Positions 30,620 through 40,724 of a stretch of 64,000 nucleotides of DNA are shown piece after piece. The position numbers and the translations under genes are program-made. A model generated the notes under the pieces. It made no database searches. It worked only from the letters and a program-made list of their open reading frames with translations, and was not told the origin of the DNA. How positions within the stretch are numbered: position 1 is the stretch's first letter; every line of letters begins with the position of its first letter. Source of the DNA: an uncultured Alphaproteobacteria bacterium (GTDB lineage Bacteria > Pseudomonadota > Alphaproteobacteria > RF32 > CAG-239); the NCBI GenBank assembly GCA_934270475.1, contig CAKQPS010000003.1, positions 30,261-94,260 of the forward strand, in the 5' to 3' direction.

Positions 30620-31909
30620 TTAGAATGCGTAGTTTACCGAAAAAGCAAACACTTTCACCGAATTTGAGTAATCGGCAGAAACGTGCGAAGGACCTTCATT
30701 GCCGGTAACAGCCGAGTTCATTCTAGCGCTGTGGGCTTTAATGTAGGTGTAACCCATATCAAAGCTCAAGTTTTCATTATATTGATAGCCCAAACCTGCT
30801 GAATACCAAATACGGTCAGAATCTGGAATACGCGGTGTGCGGTGAGCATAACGAACGGCGCTTTGGTCATAGGCTAAGCCCAAACGCAATTTCCATTGAT
30901 TATCCAGCATATAGCTTGTACCGATGGAATAAAAGTTTGTGTCGCGCCAGTTTTCTTTTACCTGAGCAATGTTGCCTTCCGGTTTGTTTAAGCGGTCGCC
31001 GACAAAAGTCAGATTTTGGAAAGAGCTCCAGAACACGCGCTGATATTCGGCCATAACCGCCCATTTTTCATTGATGTCGTGATAAACACCCATAGAAAGC
31101 ATGGCCGGAGTAGTTAATTTAGCGCTGATTTTTTGATTCATCAAAGCATTTGCCAGCCTTCCGGCGCTTACATATGACGGATCGCCCGAAGCAACCAAAG
31201 CGCTGCCGCTTGATTTCATTTTACCTTTTAATTTGTGGTCTATTTTGCTGCGATAACCAACACCAACACGGGTTGCGTCGCTAAATTCATACATAGCGCC
31301 CAATTGGTAGCCCATGTCAAAATCGTTGCCGTTTTCGGTAACCAAACCGGTTTGAGAACTCTTGTGGCTGCTGGTCAGGTGCGCCCAAACATATTGCATT
31401 TGCACGCCTGCGCCCAAAGATAACTTATCTGTTGCCTTATAAGCAAACATCGGGGTAATTGCGCCGGATTTCAAATCCGAGGTAATACCATGGTCGGAAC
31501 CGACCCAGTCTCTGTCATATTTTGTAATCATGCCAAACGGAGAATTAACTGCGATAGCCGCAAAAGCTCTGTCGTTAAGTTGATATGATACTGTGCCGTT
31601 TGGCGAAACAGCTGCGTGAACCACGTTTTCAACGTCGGCTCCGCGGGTGCCGTTTTTACTCATAACATTTTTAGCTGTGGCGCGCGGTGCGATGTAGGTT
31701 GCGCCCAAGTTTACCTGCAAGCCTTTTTGGCGAGTTAAACCGGCGGCGTTATAATATGCGTAAGAACCGTTTTCTGCACCGGCAGTTGCGCCGGCATAAG
31801 CGTTACCTTGAGCGGCAGCTGACTGTTCTCTTAAATGGAAACCGGCGGCCATAGCGCTGGTAGAGAGCAGAAGGGTGCTCAAGGCGGTTAATGTAAGAAC
31901 CTTTTTCAT
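30620..31909 (-). CDS. fadL: Long-chain fatty acid outer-membrane transporter (FadL/OmpP1 family)
   Basis: Signal peptide MKKVLTLTALSTLLLSTSAMA, then AGFHLREQSAAAQGNAYAG (the family N-terminal hatch). The C-terminus ends in the aromatic residue (…SVNYAF) typical of beta-barrels. Confidence 0.88.
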   Translation of the reverse strand: MKKVLTLTALSTLLLSTSAMAAGFHLREQSAAAQGNAYAGATAGAENGSYAYYNAAGLTRQKGLQVNLGATYIAPRATAKNVMSKNGTRGADVENVVHAAVSPNGTVSYQLNDRAFAAIAVNSPFGMITKYDRDWVGSDHGITSDLKSGAITPMFAYKATDKLSLGAGVQMQYVWAHLTSSHKSSQTGLVTENGNDFDMGYQLGAMYEFSDATRVGVGYRSKIDHKLKGKMKSSGSALVASGDPSYVSAGRLANALMNQKISAKLTTPAMLSMGVYHDINEKWAVMAEYQRVFWSSFQNLTFVGDRLNKPEGNIAQVKENWRDTNFYSIGTSYMLDNQWKLRLGLAYDQSAVRYAHRTPRIPDSDRIWYSAGLGYQYNENLSFDMGYTYIKAHSARMNSAVTGNEGPSHVSADYSNSVKVFAFSVNYAF

Positions 31910-32119
31910 TTTAAACCTTTTTATTATTAAAACATGGTAACCCAAATAAATTTGCGTTACGTAGGGCGCACCATACAGCAATATATCAATTTTGGCAAGT
32001 TTTTGGCGTAAATCTGGGGATAAAATTTGAAAAATATTGTAAAAACAAAAAGTTATATGCGAAAAATGACCTGTTGATGACTCTAGCGTTTTTTCTTTAC
32101 AAATCGTTAATAATAATAT

Positions 32120-34342
32120 ATGGATAAGGTATTATTTAACAACAGAAAGGTTGGACTTGTGAAAGAGTTTGTCAGATTTTGCCTGCGAACGGTTTTGCGT
32201 TTGATGAAAGCAAAATGTATTTTTGAATTTGATGTGAACAATTTGCCGAAAAAGGGCGTTTATGTGGTTAACCACGTTTCTTATTTAGACCCGATTTTGC
32301 TGTTTGCATTTCTCCCTGGTAATCCGGTTTTTGCCCTAAACGGTCATTTGTACCGCCGTCATTGGATTAGTTTTTTGATGGGGCGCGCCGATGTGATAAA
32401 ATTCAATCCGATTGAGCCGTCAGATATTAAAAAGCTGATTGCTAAAGTAGACGAGGGGCGTTTGGTCGTGATTTTTGCCGAGGGACGCATTACCGAAAAC
32501 GGCGGCTTGATGAAAATTTACGAAGCTCCGGGGCTGGTTGCCGATAAGTCTAAATCGCCGATTATTCCGGTTTGGATAGACGGTCCGCAATACGGCTATT
32601 TTTCTAAGACTAAGGGCAAATTGCCGCATCGTCCGCTGCCGAAAATGCGTATCTATGTTGGCAAACCGCGCAGCTTTAAGCTGAAAGACGAACTGCGCCG
32701 CCAGCGCGATCACATCAGTAATGAAGTATATATGATTTTGCGCGAGATGTGCTTTGATATTAACTATGACAAAAATATTTCATTGTTTGCCCAACTGATG
32801 AAAACCGCTAAAGTCTATTCCCGCACAGGTTTCTTTTCTAAACGCCCGCGTATTATAGAAGATATCAACCGCAAGCAAAAGTCTTATAAAGACATTATTG
32901 TTGCTTCTTTTGCTTTGGGGCGCAGCTTTAAAAAGTTTACCAAAGTTGATGAAAATGTCGGTATTCTGCTGCCAAACGCTATTGCCACAGTTTGCACATT
33001 TTTCGGACTTTCGGCATATAACCGCACTCCGGTGATGATTAACTTTTCTGTCGGTTCTAAAAATATGATTTCCATGTGCAAAACCGCGCTGGTTAAAACC
33101 GTTTTGACTTCCCGTGCTTTTATTATTAAAGCTAAAATGGAAAATGTGGTAGAAGATATGAAAAACGCCGGTTGCAATGTGGTATATTTGGAAGATATTG
33201 CTAAAAAAATGTCGCTGTGCACTAAAATCGGCGCTTATATCAGCTATAAAATTAAGCATGTTCCGCACAAAACCGGCGGTGATAAAAAGGCGGTTATTCT
33301 GTTTACTTCCGGTTCGGAAGGCGCTCCAAAAGGCGTAGTTTTGAGTCATGCTAACATCATTGCCAATATCAAGCAGATGACGGCGATTCAAACCATTAAC
33401 TTTAAGGATTTGCTGTTTAACGCCTTGCCGATGTTCCATAGCTTCGGCTTGACGGTGGGCACGTTGTTCCCGTTGTTTGAAGGTTCTAAGCTGTTCTTGT
33501 ATCCGTCTCCGCTGCACTATCGTGTGGTTGCTGAGCTGGTTTATGAACTTGGTGCAACTTTGATGCTGGGTACCGATACTTTCTTGCGCGGTTATGCCAA
33601 AATTGCCCACCCGTACGATTTCCACAATATCCGTCTGATGTATTCCGGCGGTGAGGCTGCTAAGTCTGACACCCGCAGCATGTGGATGGAGCATTCCGGC
33701 GTGCGTATGATGGAAGCTTACGGCGCAACCGAATGTTCTCCGGTTATGACAGCCAACAATGGAATTTTCAATAAATTCGGCTCTATCGGTAAAATTATGC
33801 CGGGGATGCAGTTCAAAATTCTGCCGGTTGACGGTATTGCCAACGGCGGCGAGCTGTGCGTGAAAGGTCCGAATGTTATGCAGGGCTACTATATGCCGAC
33901 TAACCCCGGTGTGTTGGTTCCGCCGGAAGACGGCTGGTATCATACGGGCGATGTGGTGGAAATGGATGAAATCGGATTCTTTACGATTAAAGACCGTATT
34001 AAACGTTTTGCTAAAATCGGCGGCGAAATGGTATCATTAAACGCTGTGCAGGATATGGTTATGGACGCCACAAAGGAAATGGGCGCGGAATACAGCTATG
34101 GTGTAGTTTCGATTCCGCATGAAAGCAAAGGTGAACAGATTGTTTTGGTAACCAATAATGAAAAAGTTACTTCGGCAATGTTGCATGAATATGTCAAAAA
34201 TAACGGCATGTCAGAACTTTATCTTCCGAGAGTGATTTTATATCATGAAAAATTGCCGGTGTTTGCAACGGGCAAGGCGGATAATGTAACGCTTAAAAAA
34301 GAGGTATTAGCCGAGCTTTGTCCGGTGGAAAACGCCGCCTAA
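32120..34342 (+). CDS. aas: Bifunctional 2-acylglycerophosphoethanolamine acyltransferase / acyl-ACP synthetase
   Basis: N-terminal PlsC-type acyltransferase with NHVSYLDP (Hx4D) and FAEGRIT. C-terminal AMP-binding domain: FTSGSEGAPKGV, YGATE, TGD...DR.K. Confidence 0.85.
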   Translation: MDKVLFNNRKVGLVKEFVRFCLRTVLRLMKAKCIFEFDVNNLPKKGVYVVNHVSYLDPILLFAFLPGNPVFALNGHLYRRHWISFLMGRADVIKFNPIEPSDIKKLIAKVDEGRLVVIFAEGRITENGGLMKIYEAPGLVADKSKSPIIPVWIDGPQYGYFSKTKGKLPHRPLPKMRIYVGKPRSFKLKDELRRQRDHISNEVYMILREMCFDINYDKNISLFAQLMKTAKVYSRTGFFSKRPRIIEDINRKQKSYKDIIVASFALGRSFKKFTKVDENVGILLPNAIATVCTFFGLSAYNRTPVMINFSVGSKNMISMCKTALVKTVLTSRAFIIKAKMENVVEDMKNAGCNVVYLEDIAKKMSLCTKIGAYISYKIKHVPHKTGGDKKAVILFTSGSEGAPKGVVLSHANIIANIKQMTAIQTINFKDLLFNALPMFHSFGLTVGTLFPLFEGSKLFLYPSPLHYRVVAELVYELGATLMLGTDTFLRGYAKIAHPYDFHNIRLMYSGGEAAKSDTRSMWMEHSGVRMMEAYGATECSPVMTANNGIFNKFGSIGKIMPGMQFKILPVDGIANGGELCVKGPNVMQGYYMPTNPGVLVPPEDGWYHTGDVVEMDEIGFFTIKDRIKRFAKIGGEMVSLNAVQDMVMDATKEMGAEYSYGVVSIPHESKGEQIVLVTNNEKVTSAMLHEYVKNNGMSELYLPRVILYHEKLPVFATGKADNVTLKKEVLAELCPVENAA

Positions 34343-34432
34343 AATAATGTGCAGCAACGGCTTTTTGTGATTGCGATTTTGCAAAAAGCCGTTATGCTGT
34401 AAAAAGTTTAATTTTTTTGTAAGGATAAAATA

Positions 34433-34918
34433 ATGGTTGGAATAAATAAAGTTATTTTGGTTGGCAATTTAGGAGCTGATCCGGTGGTTAATAACACTCA
34501 GTCCGGCACAAAAGTTGTTAATTTGAATGTAGCAACAACAGACAGCTGGAAAGACCGCAACACTGGCGAGCGTAAAGACAGAACCGAATGGCACCGCGTG
34601 GTGATTTTTAATTCTCAGCTGGCAGATACCGCTGAAAGATATTTGCGCAAAGGTTCTAAGGTATATTTGGAAGGTCAGCTGCAAACCCGTAAATGGACTG
34701 ATAACAACGGTGTTGACCGCTATACCACTGAAGTTGTGCTGCAGAATTTCAACAGTGTTTTGGTTATGCTCGATTCTAAAAACAGCGGCGGAGACGGCGT
34801 TCCTGCTGGCGGCAATGATGTTTTCTCGGCTGCTCCGTCTGCCGGAGGCACATCTTCGGGTTGGGATAACAGTGCGGCTTCTGCTCCGTCAGATTTGGAC
34901 GACGATATTCCGTTTTAA
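34433..34918 (+). CDS. ssb: Single-stranded DNA-binding protein
   Basis: OB-fold start INKVILVGNLGADP, TEWHRVVIF, a Gly/Ser-rich linker and the acidic tip DDDIPF. Confidence 0.96.
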   Translation: MVGINKVILVGNLGADPVVNNTQSGTKVVNLNVATTDSWKDRNTGERKDRTEWHRVVIFNSQLADTAERYLRKGSKVYLEGQLQTRKWTDNNGVDRYTTEVVLQNFNSVLVMLDSKNSGGDGVPAGGNDVFSAAPSAGGTSSGWDNSAASAPSDLDDDIPF

Positions 34919-34993
34919 TGGGGAATTTTTCCCAAGAGGCTTCGGATTCTATCGTCCGGAGTTTCTTTGTTTTAAATAGTGCGAGGTAAAAGT

Positions 34994-36082
34994 ATGAAAG
35001 TTTTGGTTGGTTTAAGCGGCGGTGTAGATTCTTCGGTTACTGCTTGTTTGCTCAAACAACAGGGTTATGAAGTGATTGGCGCCACCATGTCGATTTGGGA
35101 TAAAAACACGCATTTCAGCGGTGATGCCCACGCCGATTCTTGCTTTTCTCCGCACGAAGAACAAGACATTGAGGCTGCGCGCGCTTTGTGCCAAAAAATC
35201 GGGATTCCGTATCATGTTTTAGATTGTTCCGCCCGCTATAAACAAATGGTGCTGGAAAATTTCAAGCATGAATATAAGGCAGGACGCACGCCGAACCCGT
35301 GTGTTATGTGCAATTCGTATATCAAATTTAACGCCTTGCCGGAAGAAGCGGCGGCGCAGGGAATTGAGTTTGACAAGTTTGCAACTGGGCACTATGCGCA
35401 GGTTTGCTTTGATGAAAACCGCAACCGCTATGTGATTAAGCGCGGTTTGGACCACACCAAAGACCAATCGTATTTTTTGTATCGCCTGAACCAAGAGCAG
35501 CTGTCAAAAGTTTTAATGCCGCTGGGCGGACTGACCAAAAAACAGGTGAGGAAATTGGCGCATGAGTTTGGTTTGGAGGTTTCCGACAAACCCGATAGTC
35601 AGGATTTTTATACCGGCGATATCAATGATATTTTGCAAAACGAGCCGCAGGTCGGCAATTTTGTAACCCGTGATGGTCGGGTTTTAGGACAGCATCAAGG
35701 AATTTGGCACTACACGGTTGGGCAGCGCCGCGGTATGGGCATAGCTGCTGAGCGTCCGCTTTATGTGCTGGGCTTCAATAAGGATAAGAATGAAGTTATT
35801 GTCGGTTTTGAAGAGGAGTGTGAGCGCTCCGGATTGATTGCTTCGGACTTATGCGGGGAGGTGGTTGATTTGTCTGCGCCTTTGGACTGTGAAGCCAAAA
35901 TCCGCTCTTCGCAGCAGCCGACGCCGGTTAAAGTTACGCCGCTGCCAGACGGAAAAATTGAGGTTCGTTTTTACTCCAAACAAAAAGCCATTGCCCCAGG
36001 GCAGTCGGTTGTCTTTTATCACAAAAACAGTGATACCGATGAAGTCCTGCTTGGCGGCGGTATAATTGATTCCAATATGTAA
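34994..36082 (+). CDS. mnmA: tRNA 2-thiouridine(34) synthase MnmA
   Basis: PP-loop LSGGVDSS, the NPCVMCN cysteine motif, and DQSYFLY. Confidence 0.93.
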   Translation: MKVLVGLSGGVDSSVTACLLKQQGYEVIGATMSIWDKNTHFSGDAHADSCFSPHEEQDIEAARALCQKIGIPYHVLDCSARYKQMVLENFKHEYKAGRTPNPCVMCNSYIKFNALPEEAAAQGIEFDKFATGHYAQVCFDENRNRYVIKRGLDHTKDQSYFLYRLNQEQLSKVLMPLGGLTKKQVRKLAHEFGLEVSDKPDSQDFYTGDINDILQNEPQVGNFVTRDGRVLGQHQGIWHYTVGQRRGMGIAAERPLYVLGFNKDKNEVIVGFEEECERSGLIASDLCGEVVDLSAPLDCEAKIRSSQQPTPVKVTPLPDGKIEVRFYSKQKAIAPGQSVVFYHKNSDTDEVLLGGGIIDSNM

Positions 36083-36094
36083 ATCATAGAGCCA

Positions 36095-36126
36095 TAAAAA
36101 AACTCATCGAAAGATGAGTTTTTTTA
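36095..36126. terminator. Bidirectional intrinsic terminator between mnmA and the glycan operon
   Basis: aactcatc gaaa gatgagtt stem with flanking A7/T7 runs. Confidence 0.8.
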
Positions 36127-36130
36127 GTTG

Positions 36131-37375
36131 TTATTGTTTTGCCGGAAGAGTGTTTACAAAGTCCATAGCGTTTTTCATACACACATCATGGTTATGATGT
36201 TGATGTTCGCCCCAGCGTCCCACACCATATAAATGGAGCGGCTTAAAGTGCTCTAAAATTTCCGTAATGGCTTTGGTTTTGCCAATCAGCGGCAGCGGGT
36301 ATGCGGCAGGAGTTTTGTAGTTGAACAAATTTCTGCCTTTAAATGTCAGATGGTCGGCGTCAAATCTATCTGCATTAGTTTCGGTAAAAGTACCATAGTT
36401 TTTGCTGTCTTTAGCAAAGTTAGAAATAAAGAACTCCCTATGATGCTGTTCATTCAAATCCGGAACATAGCGCCAATGATACGGTGTCGGGTTCTTGTCG
36501 GTTTCAAACAAAGAAATTACCAGTTTATTATACTTGATTTTTTTGATTTGTTCTTTAATTTCTGCCGGACGTCCCATTGCCTCAAACAAATCAGACCAAG
36601 GCGTAGTGTTTATCACATTTTTTGCCTTAAATTCTTCATTGACAAGCCAAACTTTCTCATCTGCAATATAGCGCAGTTTAGAAACAGATGTATTGAATTT
36701 GATAAATTTATTTATATCGCGGGCAATAGCCTCTATAACCCGACCATAACCGCCGGACAGCGGGTAATATGGGCGGATATGCGCCGGATATTTTTCCACA
36801 TCTTGAGTTTTTTCCAATGAATCGCGTAAAATTTCTTCAACTTCAATTCTCGGAATTTTGTGCAGCCAATCCACGTCCATTTCATTAGAAGGCACGCCCC
36901 ACAATTTGGTGTTATACGGTATAAGATAGTTATCGCAGATTTTGTCGCCGAGTTTCCAGCGTATCCATTCTTCATAGTTATGCGGTTCCGGTTTGCCCAA
37001 AGCTTCTCCATTGCGAATAACCGAAATCAAATATTCTACCTGTTTATCTAAAGGCAGCTGCCACAAGTTTGCTTCTAACGGATAGTCAATATCTTTGCCG
37101 TGAATATGAATTTTAGAAATGCGCGGATTGATTTGATACATTTTTTCTTTTGGAAAATTAGAAAAAACAAAATCTTCCACTTCTTTGTATTTTGTTTGAA
37201 AAAAGTGTCCGCCAATATCGCAAGCGTGTCCGTCTACATAAAAAGTACGGCACAAACCGCCGGCTTCATTTTCCGCCTCCAAGCCTAAAATATTATTATA
37301 GCCTTTTTCTCGCAGTTTTTTTAGCAAAGTCAAACCGGTAATACCTGCACCCAAAACAATATAATCATAAATCAT
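36131..37375 (-). CDS. FAD/NAD(P)-binding oxidoreductase (amine-oxidase / UDP-galactopyranose-mutase-like fold)
   Basis: N-terminal Rossmann dinucleotide motif DYIVLGAGITGLT ... LEAENEAGG. Last gene of the glycan operon. Its specific activity cannot be determined from sequence alone. Confidence 0.55.
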   Translation of the reverse strand: MIYDYIVLGAGITGLTLLKKLREKGYNNILGLEAENEAGGLCRTFYVDGHACDIGGHFFQTKYKEVEDFVFSNFPKEKMYQINPRISKIHIHGKDIDYPLEANLWQLPLDKQVEYLISVIRNGEALGKPEPHNYEEWIRWKLGDKICDNYLIPYNTKLWGVPSNEMDVDWLHKIPRIEVEEILRDSLEKTQDVEKYPAHIRPYYPLSGGYGRVIEAIARDINKFIKFNTSVSKLRYIADEKVWLVNEEFKAKNVINTTPWSDLFEAMGRPAEIKEQIKKIKYNKLVISLFETDKNPTPYHWRYVPDLNEQHHREFFISNFAKDSKNYGTFTETNADRFDADHLTFKGRNLFNYKTPAAYPLPLIGKTKAITEILEHFKPLHLYGVGRWGEHQHHNHDVCMKNAMDFVNTLPAKQ

Positions 37376-37377
37376 TT

Positions 37378-38412
37378 TTATTTTTCCTTAATTTTCAGTA
37401 ATGGAATAAAGCCGAAGAGTTTGTATCTTGTTGTATTATCTTTTTGGTAAATAGATAATAATGGAATTACTCCAAAAAGTTTTATTGCCTTTTTATGCTT
37501 AAATACAGATGGTTGCGAACTTTTTATAATTTCAAGAGAATTTACATAATCAATAAAATCATTATAGTTAAAGTATTTCAGATGTTTATCTAACATAAAA
37601 TGAATAAGTTTTAATAAAAAATTTTTTGGAAATACATTTGGATTATTTTTAGCAAAAAGGTAAATGTTAAAACAATCTTCTAAAGTCATACTTGGATAAA
37701 ATTGTTTTACAATATAATGAATTCTTTTCGCTAGAATAAAAAACGTTCTATATTGTTTAGCTTTATCATCATGCTGTGATGATATACCTCCTAATATATA
37801 GCGAGAGATTACAGTAGGAACTTCTACACCATTATAACCATCTAATATCAATCTAATCATTAAATCATAATCGCCACCATATCCACAATCTGTATTGTAA
37901 CAACCAAGTTTTTTCAATACAGCAAGGCGAATTCCAAATGTAGCGTGAGCATAAGGAACATTGTGCCAAAACGTTGCTAAATTTGGTCTCCATTCAAACA
38001 TAAATTTACCATCACGTGAGAATTGGTGTTCTGTACCATAGCAATAATCAGCCGACTTTTCTTCCATTATCTCAATACATTTTTCTATTACATCATCAGC
38101 ATAATATTGATCATCAGAATTCATAAAAAATACATATTTACCTGTTGCATGAGATATTGCTTTGTTATATCCATCATCAATACCTGCATCTGGTTCAGAA
38201 AAACATTTCAACCAACCTTTGTTCTCATATTTTTTTATTAACTCTAAAGAACCATCTGTAGAAGATCCATCTTCAACAATGTGTTCAATATTTGGGTATG
38301 TCTGATTATGTATACTTTCGCAACACTTCTCAAAAAAAACTTCACGATTGTCAGAGGAAAGATTAAAAGTTGTTGTAATTATTGTAACTTTTGGTAGTTG
38401 TTTTTTTATCAT
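37378..38412 (-). CDS. Family 2 glycosyltransferase
   Basis: VTIITTTFN, IVEDGSSTDGS and FMNSDD (DxD-type) motifs. C-terminal duplicated KLFGxIPLL tail. Confidence 0.85.
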   Translation of the reverse strand: MIKKQLPKVTIITTTFNLSSDNREVFFEKCCESIHNQTYPNIEHIVEDGSSTDGSLELIKKYENKGWLKCFSEPDAGIDDGYNKAISHATGKYVFFMNSDDQYYADDVIEKCIEIMEEKSADYCYGTEHQFSRDGKFMFEWRPNLATFWHNVPYAHATFGIRLAVLKKLGCYNTDCGYGGDYDLMIRLILDGYNGVEVPTVISRYILGGISSQHDDKAKQYRTFFILAKRIHYIVKQFYPSMTLEDCFNIYLFAKNNPNVFPKNFLLKLIHFMLDKHLKYFNYNDFIDYVNSLEIIKSSQPSVFKHKKAIKLFGVIPLLSIYQKDNTTRYKLFGFIPLLKIKEK

Positions 38413-38413
38413 A

Positions 38414-39454
38414 CTACTTTTCCTTTATTGTCAACAATGGAATTAAATTAAATAATTTGTATTTTCTCTTATTTCCTTTACAATGAACTGATAGTATTGG
38501 AATGAAACCGAATAATTTAACAATATTTTGAGATTTATATCGAACAGTATTCATTGAGTTATATACAATATTTTCTGTCATAAACCATAAGTATCTATTT
38601 TGCATTCCTTCATAAAAAGGAGTCATTTTTGCAAAATGCCAAAATGCCCAAATGTTTCTCAAAGGTCTCCTATTTTCAGAATATAAAAACTTCCAAGGCT
38701 TAGTAGGAGTCAGATGTTGTAAAACAATATGTTTAAACTCATTTTCTACATATTCATCTGTAATCTCGGGTGCATTAACGTTTTTAATATTGTTGATTCT
38801 ATCAGCCATATTAAATCGCAAATCCAATTTTTTATAATTATTGCAACCAAAAGCTATGCTAAATATCTCTTCGTTAAAAACAATCAATTTGTCATTATAC
38901 TCACGACATATTTTAATCAATTTTTCACTTGATTTAATCTTCTTTAAATTAAGAACCAGCATACCAGCACTTGGATAGATATGTTTTTTATCAATTCCTA
39001 GATTATTTATGCAATTATTGAATATATAGTCGTTACATCCTAATTCAGGAGTAGCTGCATAAGGATAGTCCTCTAATTCAATGTCATATAACTTTTTTAT
39101 ATCATCCAATGATATCATATCTGTGTCAAGATATATAACTTTATCATAATTTAATTTTAAATCAGGAATCAGTAAGCGAGAATAGCAATCAACAAAGTTG
39201 CCTGATCCCCAGCCTCTTAATCCAGCAAACTGAGTTAAATCGATAGGAATAAATTTTATAGAAAAATTATTAAATTTTTCATTCATATTTTCTAATAATT
39301 TTTTATTAAAATCACAAATTCCGCAATCTAGAATATAAAATTCAATAAATGATTTTGTGTTGTAGCAGACACTAGCCATTGAAGTAGCTAAAATGTCTAC
39401 TAAATCATCTTGTCCTTCATAGAATACAGGGATATGTTCTTGCTTTACAGACAT
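38414..39454 (-). CDS. Family 8 glycosyltransferase (LgtC/RfaJ-like retaining transferase)
   Basis: YSRLLIPDL, VIYLDTDMISLDD (DxD), AGMLVLNLKKI and HLTPTKPW motifs. C-terminal duplicated KLFGFIPIL / KLFNLIPLL tail. Confidence 0.8.
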   Translation of the reverse strand: MSVKQEHIPVFYEGQDDLVDILATSMASVCYNTKSFIEFYILDCGICDFNKKLLENMNEKFNNFSIKFIPIDLTQFAGLRGWGSGNFVDCYSRLLIPDLKLNYDKVIYLDTDMISLDDIKKLYDIELEDYPYAATPELGCNDYIFNNCINNLGIDKKHIYPSAGMLVLNLKKIKSSEKLIKICREYNDKLIVFNEEIFSIAFGCNNYKKLDLRFNMADRINNIKNVNAPEITDEYVENEFKHIVLQHLTPTKPWKFLYSENRRPLRNIWAFWHFAKMTPFYEGMQNRYLWFMTENIVYNSMNTVRYKSQNIVKLFGFIPILSVHCKGNKRKYKLFNLIPLLTIKEK

Positions 39455-39458
39455 TCTT

Positions 39459-40340
39459 CTACACCTTTATTTTTAATTCGGTTAAACCTAAAATTTTTTT
39501 CAGCAAGCTGTTATCCAGCAAAGTTTCTTTAGCTCGTTTAGCCGCAAAAATTTTGCTGTCATCGTCCATACGAATAGGGAGGATTTTGCTTTCATCCAAT
39601 CCATGCCGACGAGCAATTCTTTTGCCAAGTTCATACTTAGATAGGGCTTCATCTCCGCAGATGTTGACAATCGGATACTGACGCGCCTCAGGTGTTTTCA
39701 TCAGCTTAATCAACATTTTCGCCGCGGTGTTAAAATCCAGCATAGAGCGTTTTTGGTCTTCAAACATTTCCATTGTGCCGCCGTTTTTTACGGTTTCTAC
39801 AATTTCATCGTAAAAATGCTTTTTGCCCGGCACCAGGCTCGGTCCCATCAAAACCGGAAACCGCACCGCGTTAAATCCGGCAACGTTAACCATACGTTCG
39901 GCAACAGTCTTATGCGCGCCGTAGCGGTTTGCCGGATGCAGTGCATCGTTTTCTTTAAAGCGGTAACCGTCAATACCTTGTCCGTAAACCACTTCGGTAG
40001 ACGGATAATACAGCGTTTTGATGTTATCCATTCGGTTCAAAAACTCAGCTAGACAAATTACGTTTACCTGCCATGCTGTTTTAGGATTTTTCATCACTAA
40101 ATCAGGGTGATGATAAGCCGCCAAAAACACGACTTTCAAATTTTCTTCCTCAGCACAGATTTTGTTCAAGCGTTCAATATCCGCCATATCGCAAATGTCG
40201 CATTTTTCCCAGTGTAAGCGCGGGTTATCGCTTGTCTGCGGTGTTCTGTCAGTGGCAATTATGCTGTCTGTTGTTTCGCTTAAAATATTTTTAATCAGGT
40301 AGCGCCCTAAAAAGCCGCTGCCGCCAATCAATAAATACAT
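39459..40340 (-). CDS. NAD-dependent epimerase/dehydratase family protein (extended SDR)
   Basis: GGSGFLGRYL glycine-rich motif and YGAHK (YxxxK). Confidence 0.8.
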   Translation of the reverse strand: MYLLIGGSGFLGRYLIKNILSETTDSIIATDRTPQTSDNPRLHWEKCDICDMADIERLNKICAEEENLKVVFLAAYHHPDLVMKNPKTAWQVNVICLAEFLNRMDNIKTLYYPSTEVVYGQGIDGYRFKENDALHPANRYGAHKTVAERMVNVAGFNAVRFPVLMGPSLVPGKKHFYDEIVETVKNGGTMEMFEDQKRSMLDFNTAAKMLIKLMKTPEARQYPIVNICGDEALSKYELGKRIARRHGLDESKILPIRMDDDSKIFAAKRAKETLLDNSLLKKILGLTELKIKV

Positions 40341-40712
40341 TTAAACCTCCGCCGGATAAATATCTTTAACGCCGTTTTCTTCTTCTACTCCTTTGTCATA
40401 CAAAGCCACCATAGTGGTGTTTTGCCTAAACAAAAATGAGTGAACTGCATAAGGCTTTAGCACAAAAAAGTCGCCGTTTTTGACTGTAACTTTTTCTTTT
40501 TGTTCGCCTTTTGCCAAAGAAATTTCAATTTCTCCGTCAATAATATAAAATGCCTCATTATTATGTTTGTGGTAGTGTCCGCCGCGGAAAACTCCGGCTT
40601 TTGATGTGGAAACGTTAATTTGCTTCCAGCCTTGGCGGCACAGCTGCACCAGCGAGCCGCGCTCGTCTTCAAAACAAAAATCAGGTTTTATAAATTCTAT
40701 CAGTTCACTCAT
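40341..40712 (-). CDS. Cupin-fold sugar nucleotide epimerase/isomerase (RmlC / WxcM / CapF-C-like)
   Basis: FEDERGSLVQL ... QINVSTSKAGVFRGGHYH parallels the RmlC-type D.RG...Q.N.S.S..G..RG.H motif. Only 123 aa. Confidence 0.55.
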   Translation of the reverse strand: MSELIEFIKPDFCFEDERGSLVQLCRQGWKQINVSTSKAGVFRGGHYHKHNNEAFYIIDGEIEISLAKGEQKEKVTVKNGDFFVLKPYAVHSFLFRQNTTMVALYDKGVEEENGVKDIYPAEV

Positions 40713-40724
40713 GGATTTTCTCCC

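Noticed and set aside
32780-33943. 387-aa ORF antisense to aas.
   Set aside because: The plus strand carries unambiguous acyltransferase and AMP-binding motifs. The antisense product is R/H/N/F-rich with no motif, which is typical of shadow ORFs.
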